DNA of 58,070 nucleotides, filler included, from Sluysia triapertura (GCA_046118255.1; 4 parts of 4 records of this genome joined end to end with filler, not necessarily neighbours in it); one strand, 5' to 3'. Counted from the first letter of the whole stretch, positions 1 to 13,625 are shown. Program-made: numbers and translations. Notes: generated by a model from the sequence alone, not told the origin.

Positions 1-353
1 ATTAAGTCTAAAAATAGATTAATTAATTAAAAATCTTAATTAACTTAATTAAGAAAAAGTAAGTTTTTGTGAATAACATTTGAATGCGGAATGCTATGTT
101 AAATTTGAAACTGTGTATGCATTTGTTTTGAAAAGACCTTTCAATGAAGGCATGGTTTGACCGAGTTCATGCAAGGAAAGCCTTAATATTGGGCAAAGTC
201 AAATTTTAATTAATTTTTGATTGTGGAATGTTGCATTTTTTATACTTAGAGTGATTCAAATGTGATGAATGGAATATGAGATGATTGCTATGAAAAAGGA
301 GAATCTATAAGTTCGAAATGTTTGTAAAATGGTTCGTTTGAGAATAAGAACCT
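1..353 (-). mobile_element. R1 repeat (LTR-like), partial inverted copy
   Basis: The reverse complement aligns by eye to ~56710-57050 and partly to 33660-33840 (e.g. GAATGCGGAATGCTATGTTAAATT and GACCGAGTTCATGC). Confidence 0.8.
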
Positions 354-437
354 GTATCAATGGCGAACTGTCGCGTGCCAAATAAATTAAGCTAACATTT
401 TTCAATAAACATACAAAAAACAAACAGAAATACAATA

Positions 438-575
438 CACCTATCCCCCGATTTACACGTTTTCGTTTTACACGGTTTTCTAAATAAGTTTTTTTTGTTT
501 TTATCGTTTTACCAAATAAGTTTTTTTTACGTTTTTCTCAGGAACGTATCTACCGTGTAAATCGGGGGATAGGTG
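438..575. mobile_element. pogo/Tigger-like (Tc1/mariner) MITE
   Basis: Perfect 22-bp TIR CACCTATCCCCCGATTTACACG, TA on both sides (436-437, 576-577), non-coding. Confidence 0.9.
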
Positions 576-957
576 TACTAGTATTTCATTAAAAAACAGT
601 AATATAAAAATAAATTTTAGCAAAAGCAAAAATTCTATTGAAATAATTTTATTTTAATCTCCGAGAAAGTGAATTTTTATTTTTATGTGCCAATGAAATT
701 TTGTCTGCCATATATTTGTGATCTATGGTCGAACCTAACATAGGCATAGAATGTTTTTTTGCGTCTTTATTTTATTTTATCTGTTATTTCACTACCGAAT
801 AAAACAAAATGAGAAAAGATATTTAAATTATGTATTTACCAAATGCGGTTTTATTGTATATTCGTAAGAAATTCTTTGGTTTTTAACAGAAAATTAAGAG
901 AATGATTTCTCACATAGTTATCAATATTGTAATATCAAAAATGAAATTTCAATTCAG

Positions 958-1740
958 GGTCTTAGTAAATCAGAATTAGAAGAACATATTATCAATATAA
1001 TGACTAGTTTGGTTATTCACACTACAGGTAATCAAAAGACTAGAATTCTGGCTAAATTTCTGGAAAATAATTGTGAAAAAGTTGAACGTCTAGTTGAATT
1101 ACACATGTCTTATTTAAAGAAAATTGATAAACTTGATGTTGAATTAGACAGAAAGAGATCGGTAAGTATTATTGTTTCATTATTTTATATTATCTTTATT
1201 TAAAATGTCTTATAATCCAAATTATTTATGAAAATTTAATACTTTCTAATACAATTATTTGGTAAACACATTAAGCATAGATCTTTTATTGGAAGTTTTA
1301 TCAACGTGAGTTGACGCTTGATATTATAAGTGTAATAAATATTTATAATAGTATAATAATTTTAAAATATTTTTTAAGTTTGCTACAAGATTTCACGTTT
1401 CATATATTTTCAAGGAATTTATATAATCTGTTGTCATATGTATAAGGAAAGTGAGGTCTATTCGATTACAGTATAAAAATCATAAGTATTTTCAATTTAA
1501 TTTAGTTCACTTTTGTTAAGTTGGTAATTTTTTTTAAATTTAATAAGTTTATTTTCACATTTTTAGTTAAAAGATCTTAATAAATATTATGTATTCCAGA
1601 ACAAATCTCTATGGGTCGGTATGTCACCGGAAGACATTGAAGTTCAATTAAATTATTTAAGAATGGATGGCGGTCTTATGGTTTTACAAAATGTTGATAC
1701 TATTATTGCAGATATATGTGTTAATGGAGATAAAGCTGTA

Positions 1741-1791
<51 letters not shown>

Positions 1792-1865
1792 GATCTGCAT
1801 CCGAATTTTAGAACTTTTCAAAATGCACGGTATGTCACCTAGAAGTATCAGTCGTATTATTGAAG
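958..1865 (+). CDS. CTNNBL1: Beta-catenin-like protein 1, 3' exons 958-1161, 1600-1737, 1793-1865 (partial gene)
   Basis: GT-AG splicing gives one frame: ELEEHIINIMTSL..RILAKFLENNCEKVERLVELHMSY / YLRMDGGLMVLQNVDTIIADIC / IRILELFKMHGMSPRSISRIIE. This matches the recalled CTNNBL1 C-terminus (EHEEHVCSILASL..KFTENDSEKVDRLMELHFKY..LDAGLFVLQ..IRQRVHQILNMRG). Earlier exons and the final exon were not located. Confidence 0.9.
1741..1790. repeat. (ATT)n microsatellite filling a CTNNBL1 intron
   Basis: About 16 ATT units between the GT donor (1738) and the AG acceptor (1792). Confidence 0.95.
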
Positions 1866-2179
1866 GTTAGATTAAATTATTTTAAAACTTTATCTTGTTA
1901 TTAGTTGATAGTAGTGATATTTTAATATTTGTTAATCACAAGATTGGTTTTCGAAAGATTTTCCTTTATAAATTGATTGTATTTATTCATAAAATATATA
2001 TAGTTTTTTCATTGCTAACTGTAGCAGGAACAAATAAAATTAACGAGAAGTAAATTTATAAAAATGTAAGATATGAAATGCCTAATTTTCACGTATATAC
2101 ATGCATATTAGAAATGTTTATTGCAATGGTTATTTGGTTATTGTTATCTGGATTAAGTTGAGATTTACTTCACATTTAA

Positions 2180-2451
2180 CCGTTTGAGTCCGGCGCAACG
2201 CGATAGCGCTTTTCTTGTTTTGTATCGATAATGCGATAATACTGTTGTTGGTTAGTATACTTTACACATTTATTGATAGCAGTTGTAGAGATATCAGTAG
2301 CATTTTTTATTTTTTGATCAAAATTACTTGTTGCATAACAATTAGTGTTAATTATAACCATTTTCATTGTCTCCCCCCCAAAAAAAAGAACTATGCATTT
2401 CATCCCGGACTTTTAGCATATGCATAAGAAAATTTTCCCGCACTCAAACGG
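2180..2451. mobile_element. piggyBac-like MITE
   Basis: TTAA on both sides; TIR CCGTTTGAGT(C/G)CGG, 13/14 match. Confidence 0.85.
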
Positions 2452-3249
2452 TTAATCAAGTTAATTGTTTTATTGTTTAATTGTTCACTGTTGTAACTAA
2501 TTTGAAACTAATTATACCCAAAAACATTGGATGAATAAAGACAAAAACTAAAGTTATGCATATTCTAAAATTCATAGACAGTGAGAAGGAATCACATAAA
2601 AGAATTAAATCATTGTCTTACTTCAACCTTTTATAATATTTCTTGTTGCCCTCAATAGTAGAAGTCTCTTAATTCCACTGACCGGATCGGTTGAGTACCT
2701 GTGCCAACCTTACTGATAATTGGATCATTTGATAGGTACAAGGTAGTACATGCGTCGGTGTTATCTCCGTTGAAACTAATAGTTTTATAATCACCGAAAT
2801 TTTTGTAATGTCGTGGTAATTATCTTCCTTGAATGTGTCGTAGTTATCGCAATCTTTGTCTTCATTTGCATGGAAAGCTTCATACTGCCTTTATTTTCGT
2901 TGGACGAGTCTAAAATGTCATTATTAAGCCTCTAACAAAAAAGTTTGGTAGCCATTTCTTTGTATTCATATTAGGTAGCTAGGCGACATTGTACGTTGCC
3001 TTATATTAACAATTTAAAAATTTTAAAGTAATAATAATAATAATTTTATTTTTATAATTGTCAAAATTATAATTTCTAGAAATTGAGTAATTTAATATAT
3101 TCTTTATTTAGTATTATTTAAAACAAAATGTTAATATTTTTGCTGTATTTAAATAATTTTTATTTCGTGGTAGCACAAATAATTTATTCAAATCGATTTT
3201 TTTTATTGTCAATTTGAGATGCATTAAATATTCCTTTTATATCATAGTC

Positions 3250-3720
3250 TTAATATGTTTCACATTGAAATTCCATGTGCTTATTAACTTTAACCGGTTT
3301 ACTTTCGTCATAATTTGAATCGAAATCGGTCGAAGTTTTGTTAACACGTATTGTTCCTGAAATTATGGATTCAGTACTAACTGTCGTATCTATTTCGTTG
3401 TCTAATTCTTGTTTACTTTTAATGAGACCGCATTTCGAACCGATCCAATTAAATTTTTTCATAAATCTCTTCTTGTATTAGTGTTAGGCAAGTAGAAAAT
3501 AGATTAATCCAATTATAATTTTTATTGTGGCAGTATCATATCCAATCGTATTTTTAGCAGGATAATAATCACCAAAACCAATCGTAGGTACTATAATGAA
3601 GGCAAAATAGATACTTCGATAATTGTCTACTTTTCCCAAATACGAAATAAGACACTTCCAATAAACACAGAAAATCAAACAAAAACTGTAGCAACAATTT
3701 TTAGTATATTCACTATTCCT
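3250..3720 (-). pseudogene. Two-pore-domain K+ channel (K2P/TWK) fragment, TM3-P2-TM4
   Basis: FIGSVLFRIWEK*TIIE, then a frameshift, then SIYFAFIIVPTIGFGDYYP..IKIIIGLIYFLL. It has the TIGFGD pore signature, several stops and a frameshift. Confidence 0.8.
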
Positions 3721-3789
3721 TCTTCATTCTTAATGTCTATTATTTTTTTATTTACCTCAGACTTTGTATCTTATTCTTTATGATTAACA

Positions 3790-4150
3790 TAGCTATTAAC
3801 TTAGAAGCTTTACTTTTAAAAGTTTTAGAATGGAGAAAAAAATATTATAGAAAGTTAGAAATTTCATTGTTATTGAAACTATGTTTAATTTTAAGTTTTT
3901 AGAGGTTTTGATGTTGGTGTGCTAAGTTTATATGTGATTATATATGTGTTTAATATACGTGTTGCGGTATTTTGTTTTTGTTTTGAATGAAATTTTAAAT
4001 GATAGGTTTGAACCATATAAGTATTATCTGTAAGCATAGCTTTAGGTTGTCTTTACCAAAATAGCATTTATTCGGCTCAGTGAAGTTTAGTTTAAAGTTG
4101 CTTTTCTAAAACAAAATCACGTAATTTTGTTGGGTTTTTTAATAATGAAT
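3790..4150 (-). repeat. Probable diverged R2 body upstream of the K2P pseudogene
   Basis: TG-rich top strand like the other R2 copies, with short matches to 12930-12960. No terminus found. Confidence 0.35.
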
Positions 4151-5149
4151 GGTGTTAATATACGTCTATTATCTTAAAGTATATACTCTTGTCGAATGTT
4201 AGTTATTTTCTATGAGCTGTTCACTATAAAGACTCCCAATTAGTTTATACTATATTCCTTAATACTTCATACTTTATTCCTTAATTTATTTTCTCGATAT
4301 GAGACTCAAAGAACTTTGGTTGTTGATAATCTGTATGTCTATCAAATATTTATATATGGTATCGTGAGTCTGATACTTGTCTCAGCTGTTCAAGATGGAA
4401 GTGTTTGACAACATTAAATAATAATCAAAACCTTATTGACTCTATCTACTCGCACTCTATCCTCTCAAATTTTATTTCTATGCACTTAGATTTTTTCCAC
4501 ACTTTGCTCTTTAAGATTTCATTGACACTTAGATTTTATTCAAACCTTATTTTATTTATCTAAGTTATATTCTATACAAATCCTATTCATGGTTTATCTC
4601 TTAGTATTCTTTTGAATTTTCTACAAACTCTATTTTTTATTCGAACAATTAAGAATGAAATCGAACAAATAAATTTTATTCAAATAATACAAAATATTTT
4701 ATAGACAGTTATTAAAATTTATATTAATGAATTGAAAATGTTACGAAAAAATTATGAATGAATTTAATAAAAACTTTATCACACACTGAATGTAAATAAC
4801 TACTTGATAGTGTTAATAATCAGGCACTAGATAGTCGATTATGATAAATCCTTCACGCTAATAATCAATGAAATCATTCTTTTATTATCTCTATTTTTTA
4901 GAATTGTTTTTGTTGTAGTTGTAGGTCTTCGTTTCTTTTATTTATATAAGGTTGCACAATAAATATTGTAATCACATATATCTTTGTTTATAATAGCGCT
5001 CCTATTTATATTACTAATGTTATAATTACACAATAATCAATGAAATTGTTTATAATTCACTTTTGGCCTACTATTATTTCAATTATTTTTATATTTATCA
5101 CCGATTAAATAATACGACCATTATTATTCACTATTATTAGTTTAATTTA

Positions 5150-5192
<43 letters not shown>

Positions 5193-6079
5193 CATTTATT
5201 TTAATTTTAAATTATTTCTGATTTTATTTATAATAGTGAAGTATAATGTTTATACACATTGTTTCTATATAATTTCAATTTAAATTAATTTTATTTATAT
5301 TGGAGTTTAATATTTTTAAACTTTATTTCCTATTATTTTATGCAATTGTTAGATTTATAAAATTATATTCAAAACTTAAAATTCAATAAAAATTTCAATA
5401 TGTTTAATAATCAAATATCTTTCTGGATAATTTCTGTGTCAATAAATTAATATACCCTTACAATAAATTAAACAAGTAGACTTTCGATACAAATTCTGTA
5501 AAATATTCCTCAATATCTTTAACTCTTTATCGTAATGCTATTTAATTAATGTTTGCTTACTTTTTCTAGAAGTCTGAGTTAGGATGCTCGTTCCGATGAC
5601 AGGGAATGGAAACGTTTTAATTTAAATAAAGATGACTATCGGTTTAAATCAATAACGGTTAAATAAAATTGAACTTTTTTAGGGTTTCTACTTTAATAAT
5701 AATGTGCACGAACAAATTAATAGCCTAATATAGAAAAATATTTTAACATAATTTAATAAATGTATACTACACAAAAGTTTTATTTAAATTATATAAATAT
5801 TAAAACATCCAAATGTAAAAAACAAGTTAATAATTCCTTACCCTAAACAATATTGGTATAACAATCAGAGTCCTGTGATAAACCGTCGATAATATTTTGT
5901 TTGTTTTTTCGTCTGAATTTCTTCTCTTTATCAATAATGGTATATTAAGTCGCAGTTTTACATGTCTTACTTTTGTCGTTCTTTATTTTTTAGTTCTTTA
6001 TATATATATATGTATATCCAGAATACTGTATGTTCAAATTTATATTCAAATTTCGCTAATAAATGAGAATGTCCAAATA

Positions 6080-6340
6080 ATTCAATTTTATACGATTTCT
6101 ATAGTAGTAGTAATTCAAATAAATTTATATAGTAAGTACATGTCTAATATTAATATTAATAATTCCATCAAATAGATTTATACAGTATACACTAATAAAT
6201 AAATTCTACCAATATAAATTTATACACGTCTAATAATAATAATAATTCTATCAAATAAATTTCAGTATACACTAATAAATTCTAACAATACATTTATGCA
6301 GTAAGTACATGACGATAATAATAATAATAAATATTTTCTA
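6080..6340. repeat. Degenerate tandem repeat
   Basis: Recurring AGTAAGTACATG, CAGTATACACTAATAAAT and AATT(C/T)(C/T)ATCAAATA blocks. Confidence 0.6.
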
Positions 6341-8407
6341 GTATATTAATAATAATAATAATTCTAAAATTATTAACCTTCTATATTTGGATAATTTTTA
6401 TAGTTTTTTCCGATTATCATGCTTTTAAATTTAGTATAACATTCTCTCAATCTTTAATTTAGATTAATTTTATCGAGAATAATGTTATTAATTTTTAATT
6501 GCACAGTAGTTTTATTCAATCTCACTTCAATATAACATAACACTTATGTTCGAATAATCTTTATGTTCTTAAAGTTTAATGTTATATTGTTTTTATAGAA
6601 TCATACTTTAAACTGATTATTTATTTTATTTTACTCTAAGACTAATTGTTATTTGTTTTTAAATTTTGAATTCATACTAACTCTATTAAATCTGATTTTA
6701 AATTGATGAAAAGCATTACAATCTTAATGAGAATGATTTTATTTTAAATTAAATTAGAATTTAATATATATTATGTTACACAATCTCAATTTAAGATGAT
6801 TTAACTATATTAAAAAATTTGAGCACCACACATTCTCAGACATTCCATTTTAGTCAAACGTTACATGTAATTTTATTTACAATATATTTATAGAAAATTT
6901 TTAATAGTTTATGTTAATTGGCAACAATTGGAATTTTCAAACAAATTAATCAAGATTTTACCAAATCTAGATTTTGATTTAATGCTTATTAAATTTTGCT
7001 TCTTTAATACATTACAAGCTATGTCATTCAATGAGAATGACTGTAAAATTGCTTCAACTCCTTTCGACATTCATATGTGTATAATAGGAAAAATTAAAAA
7101 ATACATCTAATGTTAATAAAAATAAAATTGAAATTGATTAAATCATACCTTCAGCAAGAAAGTAAACAAATAACATGCGACAATTTGATAATGTCACCGA
7201 ATAGTGTTTGGAATTATTATTATTATTTGGAATAGTTATTAGGAATTATTTTTTGTTAACTTTCTTAGTATACTATATTGATATTTAATAAAGTGTTTAC
7301 TTGAAAAAAATTTAATATAATGAATTATTTTTAAAACTGATCACTAAGGTATATGTCTTATACAAATTCAATTTTTATATTTTTAATAGATATAACTTAA
7401 TTTTTAGATTACAAAAATTCTTTAACACTGAACAAATCAGACGATAACGTTACTCGTGATTGGTTGGATTCTTTATTGAGAAAATTTGTTCCTCTTATAC
7501 CCTGAATGATGTGTTTTGAATAACAATATATTCATCGTTGAAATAAAACTAATTTATGTGTTTTTGATATTGTTGAACGAAAATAAAAACTTGTGTGCTT
7601 TATTTTTTTCAACGTTTAATAATTATTTGACATTAAAATTTTTTGCAAAATTAACCGATACATCAACTTAGTCATCAAGAAATAGTAGAAAGATGGAAAT
7701 ATAAAAATAAAGTTTCAGTGATGGTTCAGATGACAGTGATTTATTTAAAAAATGGATTAATTTAGCAGTATATGAAAACAGCTTCAACTATTCAGAGTTT
7801 TAATTTCTTGTAATGAAATCTAAATTATATTATAATTTAGAGTTATTTTGCGAAAAGGTTTATTATTAATTTTCCGAATAAAAGGTAAATAAAGAAATAA
7901 TACAAATATCGGAAATGTTGAAAACAAGTACGAAACAAACTTGTGGAAAATTAATTTTGAAAGTTATTTCGTGCTTATTGAAAATTATATTTCATTATGT
8001 GGCCTAAAATAGTGAAATTGTGATGGCTGATTTTGTACCATTTTACTATGTTAACATTACACAGTCATCCTATCACTCAAAATATCTAACAAATCCTTAA
8101 TCAGAATCACATAATGATCAAATATTCCTTTACATTCTTTATGCAAACTATTCAGTTCTAGTATTAAATAATATGCTACAGATTATCATCAGGTTTAAAC
8201 ATTTTATTTTTCACGTCTCATGCATAGCTTTAATATCTTAAATTTAATAGCATTCTATAAATTTAAATTTATAACCACAAAGTACTGCAAAACGCTAGAT
8301 ATAAAATCATTATTAAAAAGAAGCTTGATTAATTCTTAAATTATAATATAAAAATAACAATAATAATAATTATAAGTAGTAATAATAATAATTTCAATTA
8401 ATACTAT

Positions 8408-8720
8408 TGTTGGATTGCCCAACTATGGAATAGGAAATTAATAAGGATGATGTGAAATTGAAAATGTAAGAAAACGTGATATGGAATGATGAGTATAGTA
8501 TAATGAAACAGTTGGGGTGAGAATCGTGAAGATCAAAGCTTTGAAGAATATTTTTGGGTGTTGGTCTTGAAGATGTTTGAAATCGGTTCGAAAAACTTTT
8601 GGAATCATTGAAATATCTATGAACTTGCGAACCTTGAGACAATTTAGGATTTCGTTAACTTTTACTATTCTTTCAGACCCTGATAAGCGTTTAAGACCTT
8701 AGAGTAAATAAAATCATTTC
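8408..8720 (-). mobile_element. R1 distal end, inverted copy
   Basis: The reverse complement resembles ~57300-57400 and 41630-41668. Terminus TGTTGGATTGCCCAACTAT. Confidence 0.6.
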
Positions 8721-9089
8721 TACTAATATTTTTGTCTTTAAAATTATTAGCTATTACGACTCTATTAACTTGGTTAGCTTAAAGGAACCTTAATAATTTA
8801 AATAGTCAGTATATCAAATATATTTTTGCAGTAATCTCCTTTTATAATATTAATAACTATTATCCCAAATTTAAGTTCTTGACAATCAAAATCAAAACTA
8901 AGACAATAATGTACTATTAAACAAAAATTCGTAATATAATTTATTATCAATAAAAATTTTTACTAAATGCTGAGAATCACTAAAACGACAAAAAACAACA
9001 ATACCGTTTATAATAAAATCAAAGACACTACAATCTAATTAAGATAATACAGGAGTGACGCAACAGACACTAACAATATCAATTTCTTT

Positions 9090-9149
9090 ATTTTATGATT
9101 TTATATGTTTCTTACTCATCTCCGAATTTATAGTTGGGCAATCCCAACA
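9090..9149 (+). mobile_element. R1 terminal fragment
   Basis: TTCTTACTCATCT..ATAGTTGGGCAATCCCAACA; inverted match to 8408-8450 and similar to ~57550. Confidence 0.6.
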
Positions 9150-9339
9150 GATCCATTTATCTGCAATATCCGACAACCGTAACACATGTAAAGTTGTAAA
9201 TCGTATTAATACAAAATTGTTTATGTATTATCATTATTAAAAAATTGTTATAAATATTATAAAAAATATTATTATCATTATAATCATTATAAATATTATT
9301 CAAAATAATAAATTAATTAAAAATAAATTAAATATAAAA

Positions 9340-9550
9340 ACACTAATGGATTAATGGAAATACATTGTAATGGAACAGTAAAGTAAAAAGATTAATTTGT
9401 AACATATTAATGGAAAATTATTTTAATGCATTTATTTTTTAATGGAAATAAATATTAATAGAGTTAATGGAAAATTATTTTAGAAACATTAATGGAAATT
9501 ATTTTAATGAATTTATTTTTGAATGGAAATTATTTATATTTAATGGTTAT
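9340..9550. repeat. TTAATGGAAA-based degenerate minisatellite
   Basis: About 8 AATGGA(A) units at irregular spacing of roughly 10-30 nt. Confidence 0.7.
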
Positions 9551-10109
9551 CCTCATTAAATGCAGTAGAATTTTCATTAATAAAATAATAATCTCTAGTT
9601 CATGCAAAACGATTGTTAAAACTTATTTTGTTCCTGCGAAATAATTGTTCATATTCTACACAAAACTTATTTACGTGATCAAGGCAATATGTCGCGTAAT
9701 AGGTTAATAACAACATTTTTTCGATTTTGCAATTCTCTTTACTCAATAACTTTTAACCGAACTTAAAGATACATTTTTTCTATCATGACTATAATTTAAA
9801 ATATTTTATATTATTGTGTATAATTACAATTCCCATATTCAATTTGAGTACTATTAAATGATAAATTCACATCTTTTTATAATGCATGAAACATGAAATT
9901 GTATCATGTGAATCTCTGTACGTTCAGATTTTGTAACTTTTAACTCAACAAGTAATAAAGTAATTATTTTCACATGGTTGTATTTTAAATTTTATATTTC
10001 ATCAATAAGACGTATTTTGTATAAAAACTTGAGGAAGAGGACGATTAAAAATATATAATTCATTTTTTTCATTAAAAATTTGTCATTAAATATATTATTA
10101 CTTATTCCG

Positions 10110-11265
10110 TTTTGGTTGACTAGAGGAAGTTATACCGCGACGAGTAAGTTGTAAGTACTTTTAAATTTTCCAACAAGTGGTAATCCCCTTTTGAATTTTT
10201 TCACAGATTCAACTATTGGTCTTTCCTTAACTAATACATCTTCTGCAGTTCTGCAGCTAGTTTATAATTGTTTACTGACAAAATATGGCAGTTCATCATC
10301 TAATGCTGTTGAATATAAAGTTCTGTAATTTCATAATTCTTATACTTTTAGTAAAGGAATGGTTAAACTTGATTTACTTGCGCATGAAAAAAACATTTAT
10401 TATCCGGAATTATCAGGAATATTAACTTCCATATTGTTTACATGTGATGATAATGATAATAAAAATGAATCGATTTTTTATACTATCATAATTTGAATGT
10501 TCTTCACTATTTCCTAACCAAATTGTTCTCAATAATAATACAGTTTTGTTTCTAACATAAATCAATTCAATTAAATTTAAATACATAAACAGTTTATTTA
10601 AAGCTTTATTGTGTTTTATATACTATTCATTTAGCAAATCTGTTATTACTAAATTCTAAATATACAGATAAATCTTCAATTATATTATGATCATAATGTT
10701 TAATTTTTTGTAACCGTTTTATTATTTCCTAGTTCAACTTTTTGAAAGTATGTCATTTCAGATTTAACGAATTCTGTAACGATTTTATAAAGTAGTTTTA
10801 CAAAATGTTTTTAAAATGATTCATTTAACTATCATCTGTTTATTCAATTTCAAATTCTGCCAAAATCCGAAATCAGTATTAAATTTCTCAGTGGGTAATA
10901 ATTGAATTTTTTTACTTTTCTTTTATTTCCAATGATGTTTATGTACATAATAAACCATGAATTTTAGTATTATTTTATTGTTCTCTGAAGTAATGTGCTT
11001 TATCTATTTTTTGTACAATGCGTGATTTATCAATAAATTTATTATTCTTATAAAAGAAAAAAGTTTCGACACATTAATTTTTTACTAAATAATAATCTGT
11101 TTACTGCCTAATTGAAAAGTAAAAATTATAAGTAAATCAAACTAGTCCAGCTTCTCATTTACGAGGTATTATGATAATCCATATGGACTTGCTAACATTA
11201 TTATATGGTTGAATAAGTGGACAGTTGTTGCTTGGTAAAATTAAGTAAAACTTTTTATTATTCAT
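10110..11265 (-). pseudogene. Maverick/Polinton minor-capsid-like ORF plus the following small ORF, decayed
   Basis: Starts MNNKKFYLILPSNN..*EAGLV*FTY (recalled Maverick FYLTLPSNS..WEVGL motif). Later LLLRTI..MEVNIPDNSG (IEI.I.D..G). The next ORF has LPYFV..TAEDVL..ES. Many stops. Confidence 0.6.
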
Positions 11266-11289
11266 TTGATAAATAAATAAATACATTAA

Positions 11290-12260
11290 TTAAGTTGATA
11301 TGTATCCATTGAGATTCAAGTCTACATTCCGGTTTTTTATATCTAACCCATTTAACAAGTAAGGTTTTGGTTTCTAAGGTTGATTCAATATGATGAATTA
11401 TCGTTATTAAAGGTAATTGCAGGATTTCATTTTACACATATTTCACGAAAATTTCAATGATTAGAAAATTTTTTATATGTTAAGTGGTTTAAATATTGAT
11501 ATTCATGCCTAGTCATTGTTTACTTTTGATTTGTTTTAAGTTACATTTCCGCCACATTTCCAAAAAATTAATTTAATTAATATTTGTAAGTTAAGTCCAT
11601 CAAATCCTCGGTGTTTACTGTGATTATGTGCATCAATTAATCCATTCTTTATTACATTTATATTTTTTCAGTCTACTCTTATAATACTATTGAATTATTC
11701 AACTTATGATAATTTATATTGACTAAACATTGAAAAATGATCAATTCCATGTTTTTCTATTACTTTTTCTTATCTTTATTGTAAAACTCTTTTTCTAAAG
11801 CATTTTGAGAAGTTATAGGTTTGTCGTTTTTAATTAATGTCGATACTGCTTCACTCATATCTTTTCCACTCTTTGATTTGATTGATACTGCTCTTACAAA
11901 TCTTGAAAATGTATGAAAACAATTTAACTTTCCGAGTATAAATTTCACTAGTTATTTTTTAGTAATATGTTGCTAGAAAATTGTTTTGAACAAATAAAAT
12001 GTATTAAATAAATCTTTCTAATGAAAAAATTAACTCTGTTATTTATGGGTCCAACAGAAAGTATGTGTAATAATTTTTTGGTTGACGGAAGGTTAAGATA
12101 TAATTGTATTATTATTAATTTTTGAATATAGAATCATTTCCATTAAATCATCTTGGCCTAATTCATTTGGTCTTCCTGCTTTATATTTACGGGTTGGAAA
12201 CATTGTTCTCAGTAATTTTTTAAGTGGGAATGTTTCCTCAACCAATTCGTTTTTATGTTA
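11290..12260 (-). pseudogene. Maverick/Polinton-type retroviral-like (rve) integrase, decayed
   Basis: FPTRKYKAGRPNELGQDDLMEMILYSKIN..KFILGKLNCFHTFSRFVRAVSIKSKSGKDMSEA..EKEFYNKD..EKHGIDHFS..VE*FNS. This follows Polinton integrase motifs (WQADL, FSKFAWAVPLKSK, GKEFYN, HGINHYS, VERFNR). Confidence 0.8.
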
Positions 12261-12447
12261 GCATTTCTATTCATATTTCCATGACAAGTTTAGACTCGTA
12301 GTTATTGCTTCACTAGGACCATATCACATTGATTGCATGCTGTGTTTATACATACGATGTTGTGTGAAGATTATAATTTACTGCACTTATCAGGGATTCC
12401 TTTATTTCAGTATTGATATTCTGAATATCACAAAATTAACTAAAGTG

Positions 12448-13625
12448 TGTAGTGGCCAACACTCATAATTAAAATCTATCAAAATATCATATTCAACATT
12501 CACAAATTAAATTTCACCAAAATTCAAATTTTAAAACAATCACATTTTTTAATATCAAACTACACCAACACAAACACTATAAACAATACTCCATATTTAC
12601 AACATTCCATCAATCTACACATATCAACAATTCAACAAATACTTTTAATCATCCATAGCTCAACAAACTCCAACATTTAATTTCGAACAAATTCACAACA
12701 TTTACTCATAAGATATTTGATCAAACAAATCACAATCAAAATATAAAATACACAAATCATAAACATAACAACATTATTCAACAACGCTAACAAATACCTC
12801 AGAAACATAAATCATTTACATCTAAACCCTTAATCAACTACACCAACCTAAATCCATTTCATTTGCACATAATCATCATTAACAATTACTCGTAATGACA
12901 TTGTAATATACTAAGACTTATTTTGTAATCGTCGTTTAAAATTAAAATAACTTCAACCTTTCATTAAGCATTTTAAACCATTATATCCAAGGCATAGATC
13001 TTATTTTAAATTGCAAATTTTCAATAAATTTTAATAATTTATGCTAAAATTCTTCGTTTCAATTATAACTCAAACCATTTCTCTTATCTTTAGAAATAAA
13101 CATAATTAAGCCTTAAACAATTCATTATCTGACCGTGAAGCAACAACGATAACCGACACTTACTATACCTTATTACCGTTGCTCCCTCATAGTTTATTAT
13201 TTGTTTTTGTTCCTCTTTTATTTTTATCAATTTTATGTGAGAAGGGTAAAGAATATACAGAAAAGATTATGTAACATTTTGAAGATTCATGCGTTTTTAA
13301 GTTTTTACAAAAATAACAATAACAGTAATTTTATCATTATTATTATTATTACTATTATTATTATTATCATTGTTATTATTGTTATTAATTTTATTAAATA
13401 ATTAAAAATATAAGAACCATGATGCGATGACAAAACTAGTTGCTGCTTCACCAACGATAACAGCCTATGTACATTTTTCATTAGACTGTCAGCGTTGATG
13501 ACGGTCAGTAATCAGTCATCATTCGTTGTTTGTTTCCATTAATTCATCTACTAAATGTCACCCAATCAGAGTACAGTATTACAAAATACTAATTAATTAC
13601 TTTTCAATGCTCTGATTGAGTAGAC
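12448..13625 (+). mobile_element. R2 repeat copy A (TGTAGTGG terminus, CA-rich body, twin hairpins)
   Basis: Terminus shared with 14420, 28943, 29124 and 54459. Hairpins at 13448-13501 and 13560-13621. Confidence 0.7.

Noticed and set aside
1621-1842. ORF with a poly-isoleucine tract
   Set aside because: Read-through of the (ATT)n intron; the spliced frame matches CTNNBL1.
5897-6175. Short I/F/L/N-rich ORFs here and at 13201, 21578, 41395, 41646, 50953 and 54123
   Set aside because: Expected by chance in AT-rich or repeat DNA; no motifs or splice support.
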